A stretch of 64,000 nucleotides of DNA, taken from positions 13,435 through 77,434 of the forward strand of contig JAAKFI010000003.1 of the NCBI GenBank assembly GCA_011065125.1, read 5' to 3'. The position numbers were made by a program, and so were the translations under genes. A model generated the notes under the pieces. The model had not been told where the DNA came from. It worked only from the letters and a program-made list of their open reading frames with translations, and made no database searches. The DNA is from Candidatus Anoxychlamydiales bacterium (lineage in GTDB: Bacteria > Chlamydiota > Chlamydiia > Chlamydiales > SM23-39). This document shows, piece by piece, positions 56,160 to 64,000 of this stretch (the stretch's first letter is position 1; each line of letters begins with the position of its first letter).

Positions 56160-59043
56160 AATTTTTTAATGTTTTTATCACTTCTAACATCAAACTATGA
56201 GTGAGACCTCTATAAAAAGTTTGATTCATCAATATGTTATAAGCACTTTGAGTATATTCTGAAGCTATTTTATTTACATATTTTGTGATAGATTTTTTTG
56301 TTACATATGATACGGACCTATTAAGAGCAATTTCGGATGCAACAAAACTAGCTCCCATTCCTACTCCTAATGCTACTTTAGGAGCTAATATGGGCAAGTA
56401 TGAAGCAATATAGCTACTGCTTAACCAAACGCTAAAGATATTTGTAGTAGCTCTGATAACATTACTTAAAGAACTAAAATCATTTAGTTTAATTTGTCTT
56501 TTAATTTTATGGTTATTTTCAATGTTTAGCATTAAGTTAATAAGTTTTTCTAGATGATTTTCTAATTTATCAGACAGATCTTTGTTTTTTTGATGATATG
56601 CATCTATAGTTCTAGGTATGAAATTAAGTTGATTTTTTAAAACTCTAAGTAGTACATCATACGATATTGATAAATTATTTTTTTTGTTATTTGTTAAATT
56701 TTTATGATTTACAATTTTATTTTTTATTGAATTTTCAAATTGTTCTTTTGCTTCTGCAATTTGTAGAGGTGTTTTTGAATTTAATATTATTTTAATTAAA
56801 TTTTCTAAATCTTTTTTATCTTTTATATTGCTTATATCATTTATTTTTTTTTCAATTTCATTTTTACATTCAATTAATTTTTTTTGGGTTTTTCTATGAG
56901 TAGGATATGTTAATGCATTTAATTGAGCTTCAATTAAATTATTTAAAAGGGATTTATTATCTTTTATTAAAATAATCGAATTTAAAATTTTTACAGTTTT
57001 TTCATGTTCTAAAATTTCTTCTATATGCTCTTTTAAATAATACAAGGATTGTAAAATTTTATTAATGTTTTCATTAACATTAATTTTTTTAAATTGTTCT
57101 ATGAAAGAGATTATTATTTCTTTTTGTTTTAAAAAGTTATGTTTTTGGATGTCGTCAATCGATAATTTTATTTGTTTAAGATTTTTTTCTATTTCGAAGA
57201 GGGCTTCTATCTTTAATAAATAATTTTGAATTTTTTGAAGGATTTTTGAAATACTGCTTTCAATAGAAACTAGTGGGCCATAATGTTTATCAAGTTCTTT
57301 TTGCAAAGGCCCATTTCCTTTGGGTTTAATATTATCTAATTTTTCTATAAAGGACTGCATGTTTTTAAGCATTAAATTTAACTCTTTTTTTGAGTCTTTA
57401 AGTCTTTGATCATTTAATTCTAATTTTATAGAGTTATTTAATATTTTTGCTTGATTAGATAAAGCTGTAGCTGGCATTTCTTTATCTTGATTTACTTGAT
57501 ATCTAATTTTTCTATAAAAAAATTCTAAGCTTTCTTTTTGTCCTTTAGCTAAATACCCAAAGAAAATATTTACCTCGTCATCTACAGCTTGTTCTACAAA
57601 TTTTTTAATTAAAAGTTCTTTATAGTCTAAGAACCTCTTTTTTAAATTTATTTGATGTCTTTTCAGTTTTCTATCTTCTATAGAATCAGCTTTAGGTGGA
57701 AGATCATAAATCTTTGTTAAGAGTCCCATTAATTTTGCTAAATATTTTTCATTATTTTCAGGTTGACAAAGCAAGTTATAAGATTTTGCTAAACCTTCTT
57801 TTAAAGCTTCTTCAATGCTTTTATCTACTTTTTTTTCAAAGAATGAACGCTCTTTTATATTATTAAGCTCTTCTTGTGTTTTATATTTTTCTCTTCTAAG
57901 AGTAATAAATAAGCTGTTTGTTAACTTTTTGAAGATCCCTTTTAATTGATCACCTACAATATCAGGTCTATCTAAATCACTGTCTAAACGCTCTTTTATT
58001 GGTTTTTCTAAATCAAGGAGGATATCTTTCATTAAATCAGAGAGAGTTTGATGCATAGCCTCTTCAAAAGCTGCTGAATCTATTGCATCTATACTGTTAT
58101 TTACCATTGGAGGAATTAGGTTGTCTAAAAGGTATTTTCTTAAAATTAACTTAATAAATTTATTTAATTTTCTATCAAGAAATTCAACGATAAAGTTACA
58201 TTTTTTTGAACTTTTATTGTTTTTTAAAAAAGGTCTTCTAAAAAATTTAACATCAATAAATTGTTCTATAATATTTTTTGAAAAAAGTTTTTGCAATTCA
58301 ATCTCTGATTTACCTTCTAAATATTTTTCCTGATCAAATAATTGTTTAATACAAGTATCTCTATCTCCTGGAAGAGAGGATTTATCATCTCTAAATTGAT
58401 TGATTTTTTTATTATATAAAGCAATATATATATTCATGCTTTCTAAAAGCTTTTTTCCAGCGTCAGGTAGTTTTTGACCATTTTTTAAAGTTTCTCTTAA
58501 ATATTGTAAAATGTCATTTGTAAAAGAATCTAACCACCCCTGTAAATTTACTACAAAACTTAAGAGAAAATAGTATTTTATAATGTTAAGATATGAAAGT
58601 TTGGGGAAATGTTTTTTTATAGATGATGATACTGTTTTTATATTAATTTTATTTGTACTTTCAATATCGTTTATAACTTTTCTAACTTTTGAAAAATCAG
58701 CAGATTTTTTTTCTACAAAATAATATATTCCATGCACTAAGGAACAGAGATAAGTTTTTTTTGTAAATGCAGATGTATTTAAATTAGTTAAATTTACTTT
58801 TTCATAAAGCGTTTTAGGTTCTTCTTGAAAAGGCCTTAAATTATCTTCTATTTCTGATAAAATAACTCTATGTTGTTCAGAGATAGATTGTATAGCAAAT
58901 GGAAGTTTGAATGTTTTAGTAAAAAATGCAGACACTTGTTTAATTGCTTTTCTTGCAATAGAAGAGGTTTTCTCTTCTTCAAATGAAATATCTAATGTGT
59001 CAGTTTTAAATCTATCAATTTGTATAGGATTTACTCTGTTCAT
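56158..59043 (-). CDS. Large orphan coiled-coil protein with a C-terminal bilobed hydrophobic segment (Inc-/effector-like)
   Basis: 961 aa and Lys/Glu/Asn/Leu-rich, with long heptad-like stretches. Residues ~869-907, IFSVWLSSSYIASYLPILAPKVALGVGMGASFVASEIAL (nt 56323-56439), form a ~39-aa hydrophobic unit split by PK. No enzymatic motif recognised. Confidence 0.65.
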   Translation of the reverse strand: MNRVNPIQIDRFKTDTLDISFEEEKTSSIARKAIKQVSAFFTKTFKLPFAIQSISEQHRVILSEIEDNLRPFQEEPKTLYEKVNLTNLNTSAFTKKTYLCSLVHGIYYFVEKKSADFSKVRKVINDIESTNKINIKTVSSSIKKHFPKLSYLNIIKYYFLLSFVVNLQGWLDSFTNDILQYLRETLKNGQKLPDAGKKLLESMNIYIALYNKKINQFRDDKSSLPGDRDTCIKQLFDQEKYLEGKSEIELQKLFSKNIIEQFIDVKFFRRPFLKNNKSSKKCNFIVEFLDRKLNKFIKLILRKYLLDNLIPPMVNNSIDAIDSAAFEEAMHQTLSDLMKDILLDLEKPIKERLDSDLDRPDIVGDQLKGIFKKLTNSLFITLRREKYKTQEELNNIKERSFFEKKVDKSIEEALKEGLAKSYNLLCQPENNEKYLAKLMGLLTKIYDLPPKADSIEDRKLKRHQINLKKRFLDYKELLIKKFVEQAVDDEVNIFFGYLAKGQKESLEFFYRKIRYQVNQDKEMPATALSNQAKILNNSIKLELNDQRLKDSKKELNLMLKNMQSFIEKLDNIKPKGNGPLQKELDKHYGPLVSIESSISKILQKIQNYLLKIEALFEIEKNLKQIKLSIDDIQKHNFLKQKEIIISFIEQFKKINVNENINKILQSLYYLKEHIEEILEHEKTVKILNSIILIKDNKSLLNNLIEAQLNALTYPTHRKTQKKLIECKNEIEKKINDISNIKDKKDLENLIKIILNSKTPLQIAEAKEQFENSIKNKIVNHKNLTNNKKNNLSISYDVLLRVLKNQLNFIPRTIDAYHQKNKDLSDKLENHLEKLINLMLNIENNHKIKRQIKLNDFSSLSNVIRATTNIFSVWLSSSYIASYLPILAPKVALGVGMGASFVASEIALNRSVSYVTKKSITKYVNKIASEYTQSAYNILMNQTFYRGLTHSLMLEVIKTLKN

Positions 59044-59190
59044 TTTCTTATCCTTTTAAAAATATCAGAAATATATAACATAAATATATTTTTTTAAATA
59101 TTATAAAAAAAAATATAAGTAAGTAATTTTAACTAGGATTAATAAATAAAAAATTGTTATATAAAAATTAAAAGGAAAAAGGACTAATCA

Positions 59191-59619
59191 ATGACATATT
59201 TTAAAAGTTTGATAATTAACTTTTTAACAGTTTTTTTTGTAAATCATGTAGTCCCAGGGGTAGAGATAGATTACTATTCCAAACTTCCTGAAATTGGGGG
59301 AGAGTTAATATTTTCTTTTTCTATTGGATTTATTTTATCTTTAATATATCCAATAATTATTCTTTTTAAAATAAAACCGACTCACTTCAAAGTTGGATTA
59401 GCATCATTTTTAATATCTTTTATTGCCTATTCAATTGTAAATTTACTTCCAGTTGGAATTAAAGTAACCTCCGCATCTGCTTATATTTGGACATCTTTAA
59501 TTGTTTGGTTTATGGGATATTTTACAAATCATATAGAACTGAGACGCTATGTTAAAGAAAAAGAAAGAAAACAAAAAGAAGAAGAAAAACATAATGAAGA
59601 AAACAAAGAAGGAGAATAA
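59191..59619 (+). CDS. 4-TM small membrane protein, YvlD / phage-holin-4_2-like family (tentative), paralogue 1 with a Lys/Glu tail
   Basis: MTYFKSLIINFLTVFFVNHVVPGVEID... has the family-typical N-terminal L.PG..V motif and four hydrophobic helices. Confidence 0.55.
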   Translation: MTYFKSLIINFLTVFFVNHVVPGVEIDYYSKLPEIGGELIFSFSIGFILSLIYPIIILFKIKPTHFKVGLASFLISFIAYSIVNLLPVGIKVTSASAYIWTSLIVWFMGYFTNHIELRRYVKEKERKQKEEEKHNEENKEGE

Positions 59620-59985
59620 ATGACATATCTAAGATCTTTTTTTTTAAATATTTTAATTGTATTTTTTGTTTTAAGGATCATGCCGGGAATTCAAATTGAA
59701 TTTTTTGAAAATGTTCCAAATATTGGTATTGATATATTTTTTTCATTAATTTTAGGATTTTTAAACTCTATAATAGCACCTTTTCTAATAGCACTTGAGA
59801 CTAAAATTACAAATTTTAAAATAGCTGTTTTATCTACCGTAATTACTTTTTTATCTTTTTTAATTATTGCTATTTTTAAAATTGGAATAGATATAAATTT
59901 TCTAGGATTTATTTTATCAGTTATATTTGTAAGTTTAATGAGTTTTTTTGCAAATTATTTAGAATTAAAACATTTATTAAAATAA
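59620..59985 (+). CDS. 4-TM small membrane protein, same family, paralogue 2
   Basis: MTYLRSFFLNILIVFFVLRIMPGIQIE... is collinear with the upstream gene. Its ATG immediately follows the upstream TAA. Confidence 0.55.
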   Translation: MTYLRSFFLNILIVFFVLRIMPGIQIEFFENVPNIGIDIFFSLILGFLNSIIAPFLIALETKITNFKIAVLSTVITFLSFLIIAIFKIGIDINFLGFILSVIFVSLMSFFANYLELKHLLK

Positions 59986-60008
59986 AGCAGCTCTTAAAAG
60001 AGCTGCTT
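59985..60008. terminator. Bidirectional hairpin between convergent genes
   Basis: aagcagctctt / aagagctgctt is an inverted repeat (effective stem agcagctc / gagctgct), located between stops at 59985 (+) and 60017 (-). Confidence 0.65.
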
Positions 60009-60016
60009 ATATTTGA

Positions 60017-60901
60017 TTATTCTTGTTCAGCCATAGCTATTCTAGCTCTTGCTTGATATAATCCAACGAATAAAGCTGCAGCTACAGCAATAATTGCAAT
60101 AACCGTAGTTTTTGAGCAAAATGGGAGTTTAGACTTTGTTTTTACGCTGGTTGGTGTAACTTCAATTTCTTTTTTTTCACTAGGTTTTTCTTCAATGCCA
60201 GCCACCCCAGCGCCTGTGTCTCCAGAAGCTTCTTCTGGCTCTTCTGGTACTACAGCTAATGAAGGTTGAGCTCTAGCTGCACCTGCCCCATCGTCTTGTT
60301 CATCGTCTGATCCGCTTCCTATAGGAGCTACTCTACTTGCTAAGTTGAAAATGCTCTCATTTGATCCGCTTCTTTCCATCCCTTTTTGTTTAAGTGTTGC
60401 TTTTTTTGCAAAATAGTCATGTAAATAAAGTTCAACTAGTTCAATGGCCTCTCCTCCAACCCTCCAAGCTTTAGTGGTTGTTTTAATTTGTCCTTTATAG
60501 TTTGAAAAGCGATTTTCATTATATCCATCTATGTATGTTTTAGTACTTAAAGGTTTACCTCTTGGCGTTGTTAATTCAGTGCAAGCATCTGTTAAAATAT
60601 TATATTTATCACTTGGATCAACTCTTATATAAGAGCTAAAGGATTTCCTTTTTAATGAAAAAAGGCTTCCTGAAGCAGTTCTTCTAAATCGCAAAGCTTC
60701 TGCGCTTGCTGCTGCTTTTTTGTCTTTAGGGGCAAGCTCTTTTTGCTCATCATCATTAATTACATCAACTATATAGACAATATATTCTTTTGTTTCACCA
60801 TCATCATTAGTAACTCTCCAACGAGATACATGATAGTCTATTTTTTTTTCGTTTTCATATACAGCTTTACAAGCTGAGGCTTCTGCGTATTTTATTTCCA
60901 T
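60017..60901 (-). CDS. Orphan tail-anchored protein with a GC-rich acidic Gly/Ala/Pro linker
   Basis: 294 aa with a single TM at aa ~264-282 (TVIAIIAVAAALFVGLY), 12 residues from the C-terminus. Linker GSGSDDEQDDGAGAARAQPSLAVVPEEPEEASGDTGAGVAGIEE. Basic Ser-rich stretch LRFRRTASGSLFSLKRKSFSS. Confidence 0.65.
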   Translation of the reverse strand: MEIKYAEASACKAVYENEKKIDYHVSRWRVTNDDGETKEYIVYIVDVINDDEQKELAPKDKKAAASAEALRFRRTASGSLFSLKRKSFSSYIRVDPSDKYNILTDACTELTTPRGKPLSTKTYIDGYNENRFSNYKGQIKTTTKAWRVGGEAIELVELYLHDYFAKKATLKQKGMERSGSNESIFNLASRVAPIGSGSDDEQDDGAGAARAQPSLAVVPEEPEEASGDTGAGVAGIEEKPSEKKEIEVTPTSVKTKSKLPFCSKTTVIAIIAVAAALFVGLYQARARIAMAEQE

Positions 60902-60912
60902 TTTTTTTCTCC

Positions 60913-61455
60913 TTAATTTGAACTTTTAAAAAGTAATTCATTTATTTTGTTCTTAACTATATTTTTCAACCATTCAAAATAACTCTCGCATTTTACTTTA
61001 GGACAGACACATTCAAAAGACTTAGTTAAATTTGTAGTAGAATCTGGTAGAGATACCTCTACTTGATTAATTGAATGAGTTAAAAATGTTTTTATTAACA
61101 ATCCAACAGTGATCCCAGCAAATATAAGCATAAAAATATTTTGTGCTTTTTGAGCAGTGATTTTATATTTATGTTTTTGATCTATATTTTTATCTTTTAA
61201 TTCAATTCTTAATAGCTCATTAGCTTTAATAAGTGGGGTCAAATGAGGGTGAGTATAAACAGGGATTCTCCATTTATTATCATCAGTTTTTTTTAGGGCT
61301 GACTTTATGGAGTCATCACTCGATGGAATGATTTGAAAGTTTTGTTCTTTATTGAAAATGACAAAATACTTTTGATTTTTTGATTTTAGTAAAAAAGCTT
61401 TATAATTTTCTAAATCATGCCTTTGAAGAAATAATGTTCCGCCATATAATTCCAT
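60913..61455 (-). CDS. Orphan single-pass membrane protein
   Basis: 180 aa. TM IFMLIFAGITVGLLIKTFL at aa ~107-125, then a Cys-containing tail (CVCPKVKC). Confidence 0.55.
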   Translation of the reverse strand: MELYGGTLFLQRHDLENYKAFLLKSKNQKYFVIFNKEQNFQIIPSSDDSIKSALKKTDDNKWRIPVYTHPHLTPLIKANELLRIELKDKNIDQKHKYKITAQKAQNIFMLIFAGITVGLLIKTFLTHSINQVEVSLPDSTTNLTKSFECVCPKVKCESYFEWLKNIVKNKINELLFKSSN

Positions 61456-61504
61456 TTTTTTTCCTTTTAATAATTAAAAAAGTTTAAAAATTTCAATTTA
61501 ATTT

Positions 61505-62320
61505 TTAAAACCAGACTCCTTGGTTTTGTTGTCTTTTTTGTAAAATTAATAAAGAAGAATAATACGTTGCCAAGTATACACCCATAGCAAGTATTGCTAT
61601 TTTAAAATGGGTTTTATTATCTTGGAAAAATTTTACAACTCTGTTGGGTTTAAGTTTTTTAGCTATTCTTAAAAGATCAAGTTTAGCTTTTTTTTCATCA
61701 TCTTTAATTTTATTGAAAATTTTCAAAGCAAGCTGTTCAATATCAGCTACATCTTTTTTTAATTCATCGGGGATAACAGTAAAATTATTTGGAATAGTAC
61801 ATACAACTTGCAACTGTCCTTTTCTTGATCCATATTGGTGTAAGGAAAGATTGTCTTCTTTATTTGAGCCATACTTAATTAACTGATAAGAAATATCACC
61901 ATCTTTTATTTTTATTAAAATATTAGAGCCATTATTTAATCTAATTGGATGAATTGTAGCGCTTGGCTCTGCTCCTAATTTACATTCTTTTATATCTTGA
62001 TGCTCTTCAATTTTCAATCCAGCCAAACTAGGCTCTTTTTGAAGTATATGTTGGGCAATTTTATCAATATTTGAAGATTGTTCTGATGGTAAATCTGTTA
62101 CTTTAGTGAATGTATTTTGAATGGAAAATTGTAATTGTCCAGGTGCTGGATATCCAACCCATATGTGATCCTTTAAGCTACCATCATAAACTTGATATTT
62201 ATTATTGTTAAATAAAACCGTTTTAATTTGATCTTCATCTTTAATTTCAATAGCCCTAACTGTTTGATCTGTTGTTGTTCTTGTGATTTTCAAGAATTCT
62301 TGATTTGATTGTATAGTCAT
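61505..62320 (-). CDS. Orphan tail-anchored protein with an internally duplicated N-terminal region
   Basis: 271 aa. TM IAILAMGVYLATYYSSLLIL lies near the C-terminus. GQLQFSIQNTFTKVTDLP and GQLQVVCTIPNNFTVIPDEL suggest two related modules. Confidence 0.6.
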   Translation of the reverse strand: MTIQSNQEFLKITRTTTDQTVRAIEIKDEDQIKTVLFNNNKYQVYDGSLKDHIWVGYPAPGQLQFSIQNTFTKVTDLPSEQSSNIDKIAQHILQKEPSLAGLKIEEHQDIKECKLGAEPSATIHPIRLNNGSNILIKIKDGDISYQLIKYGSNKEDNLSLHQYGSRKGQLQVVCTIPNNFTVIPDELKKDVADIEQLALKIFNKIKDDEKKAKLDLLRIAKKLKPNRVVKFFQDNKTHFKIAILAMGVYLATYYSSLLILQKRQQNQGVWF

Positions 62321-62627
62321 TTTTTTCTCCTATACTTAACTTATTTTTTAAAAAGGTAGATAGCGTATAACATATAAAAAAATTTAGTTAAAATAATTTT
62401 TCATTTTTTTTAAAAAAAATTAAAAAAATAACTCTTTAAGGAATAAAAGGTTAATAAACTTGCATCTTAATTGTTTCTTAATAACAAAAAATATATAAAA
62501 AATAATTTAATAAATTAACTGACCATATATAATTACAATTAACTAATTAAGTTGAATTATAAATATATATATAATAATAATTAGTTATAGGTAAGTGATA
62601 GTTAATTTATATTAAAATAGGTGTGTT

Positions 62628-64000
62628 TTGGATATAAAAACAAATAAAATTATAGATTTAAGCATAGTGGATGCAATCGCTAACTTAAACGCTATTTCTG
62701 AAATGGATATCGATCTAAAAGATGATATTGGTTTTATAAAAGACAATAAAATTGTGATTAACAATAAAGAGATCTCTTATAAAAATATAGATCATGTGAT
62801 TTTAGAAGATCCAAGTGACTTAATTGATAATATAAAGCTTAGTTACACAGTTGTTTATAACTATTTTTTAAAGTTATATGAAAAGGAATTCATTGCATAT
62901 GAAGACTATAGATGTAAAAAAGGAATCGAATCAATAATGTTAATGGCAGCTAGCGCTGCTAGTAACATTGATAAATATCTGGAATTAGCTACGCAAAACG
63001 AAAACCTTGAAAAAATATCAAACTCAAAAGAGTATTTAGATTTACAAAGATTTTATTTAGAGAAACTTAAGGATAAATTTCCAGAAGAAATAGAAGGGGA
63101 TCAAGCTTGGGAAAAAGAGTGGATAGAGTCTGAAAAATCTTTTTTAATGGATTTTAATAAAAGCTCTTTAAATAACTTTGAAGCTATAAAAAAAGATCTA
63201 AGATATGAACTTTTTTATATGTTAGATGAAGATGAGAATTTGTTTTTTGATTCTCAGTTAATTAATAATATTAAGATATTTACATCTTTTGATGAAATGT
63301 CAAAAGAAAGTATTTCAGAAGATCCATTAATTGATATTAGAAATTTAAATGATAAAGATCTCCACAATAGTGCAAAGCAAATCTTAGAAGGCTCAAAAAA
63401 TATTATAAATAAGTACTTTGCTATGAAAGGATCTAAAAATATTGATAATCCATTAAATGCGGTAATCAATAAAATGATTTACGCTCTTTTTTTAGCTTCA
63501 AATCCAATAAATTTAGCTACAAACATGCATTATAAAAGCTCGCATGAATACTTTTTGGATTTCCAAAATTTTTTAAGGAAAATATTATCAGGTGATGAAT
63601 ACTTAAAATTAATAACTTATGTAGAAGAAATTAAAAATAAAGATCAGATAACAATACTTAATTTAATTTCAATAGTTTGTAAAAATTATTTTTTAAGAAA
63701 AAGCTCGGTTAAACAAGAGATTTTAGCTTTGATTCATAAAGTTGGAAAATCAAAAAATATAAAAAAATCAAATAATTTATCATTTTTTGCAAAAATAATT
63801 CAAAATAATGAAGATATTATAAAAACATTAGAAAAATATCCAAATGGCCCAATGCTAAAAATCTTAGATGTTTTAATGGAAGAAAAAACTCTTGGATTTG
63901 ACCCATCCTTTTTTGAAAATTGTTTTTCTAATATTTATAAAATTAAAACAAATTTCGGCAATTTAGATATTTTAAAAGCACCATCTCCTACAAATCAAAT
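62628..64000 (+). CDS. 5' part (at least 457 codons) of a large hypothetical protein running off the window; absent from the ORF track
   Basis: The frame is open from the stop at 62613-62615 to base 64000. The first candidate start is TTG at 62628 and the first ATG is near 62703. Translation begins LDIKTNKIIDLSIVDAIANLNAISEMDIDLKDD... and continues ...KYPNGPMLKILDVLMEEKTLGFDPSFFENCF... No family recognised. Confidence 0.7.
   Translation, partial: MDIKTNKIIDLSIVDAIANLNAISEMDIDLKDDIGFIKDNKIVINNKEISYKNIDHVILEDPSDLIDNIKLSYTVVYNYFLKLYEKEFIAYEDYRCKKGIESIMLMAASAASNIDKYLELATQNENLEKISNSKEYLDLQRFYLEKLKDKFPEEIEGDQAWEKEWIESEKSFLMDFNKSSLNNFEAIKKDLRYELFYMLDEDENLFFDSQLINNIKIFTSFDEMSKESISEDPLIDIRNLNDKDLHNSAKQILEGSKNIINKYFAMKGSKNIDNPLNAVINKMIYALFLASNPINLATNMHYKSSHEYFLDFQNFLRKILSGDEYLKLITYVEEIKNKDQITILNLISIVCKNYFLRKSSVKQEILALIHKVGKSKNIKKSNNLSFFAKIIQNNEDIIKTLEKYPNGPMLKILDVLMEEKTLGFDPSFFENCFSNIYKIKTNFGNLDILKAPSPTNQ

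Overview
Very AT-rich bacterial window, roughly a quarter to 30% G+C by eye. It uses the standard code: TAA, TGA and TAG all terminate conserved genes. About 60 protein-coding genes are tightly packed. I found no rRNA, tRNA, CRISPR array, transposase or integrase. The core gene order is the one known from Chlamydia trachomatis: fabH-fabD-fabG-acpP diverging from recR-bamA-skp-lpxD, plus groES-groEL with a CIRCE operator, trxB near acpS, ssb-pepA, and accA near an IHF/HU gene. I therefore read this as a low-GC member of the Chlamydiota, an obligate intracellular lineage; no species is assigned. Lineage-atypical accessory blocks sit between the core blocks. (1) 4.2-12.7 kb holds a GT10 fucosyltransferase-like gene with a eukaryote-style N-terminal anchor. 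It diverges from a complete two-partner secretion pair: a TpsB and a 1452-aa TpsA with an alternating 62/92-aa super-repeat. An unlisted rubredoxin and a flavodiiron protein follow directly. (2) 43.3-46.5 kb holds an ATP/ADP-translocase-like (TLC/NTT) permease fused to a large HEAT-repeat domain. It is translationally coupled to a stand-alone cyclic-nucleotide-binding protein. (3) 56-64 kb is an orphan island. It contains a 961-aa coiled-coil protein with a C-terminal bilobed hydrophobic segment, tandem 4-TM holin-family-like paralogues, and three single-pass membrane orphans, one carrying a sharply GC-rich acidic Gly/Ala/Pro linker. It ends in a long open-ended ORF that is absent from the ORF track. 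Other notable points are an otherwise intact ptsH (HPr) gene with a single in-frame TAG, a GC-elevated non-coding island between convergent genes (16.44-16.71 kb), a three-copy sequence motif at 26.33-26.42 kb, phased A-tract decamers at 46.6 kb, and perfect bidirectional terminator hairpins at several convergent gene ends. All functional calls come from motif and family recognition by eye. No database search was run.
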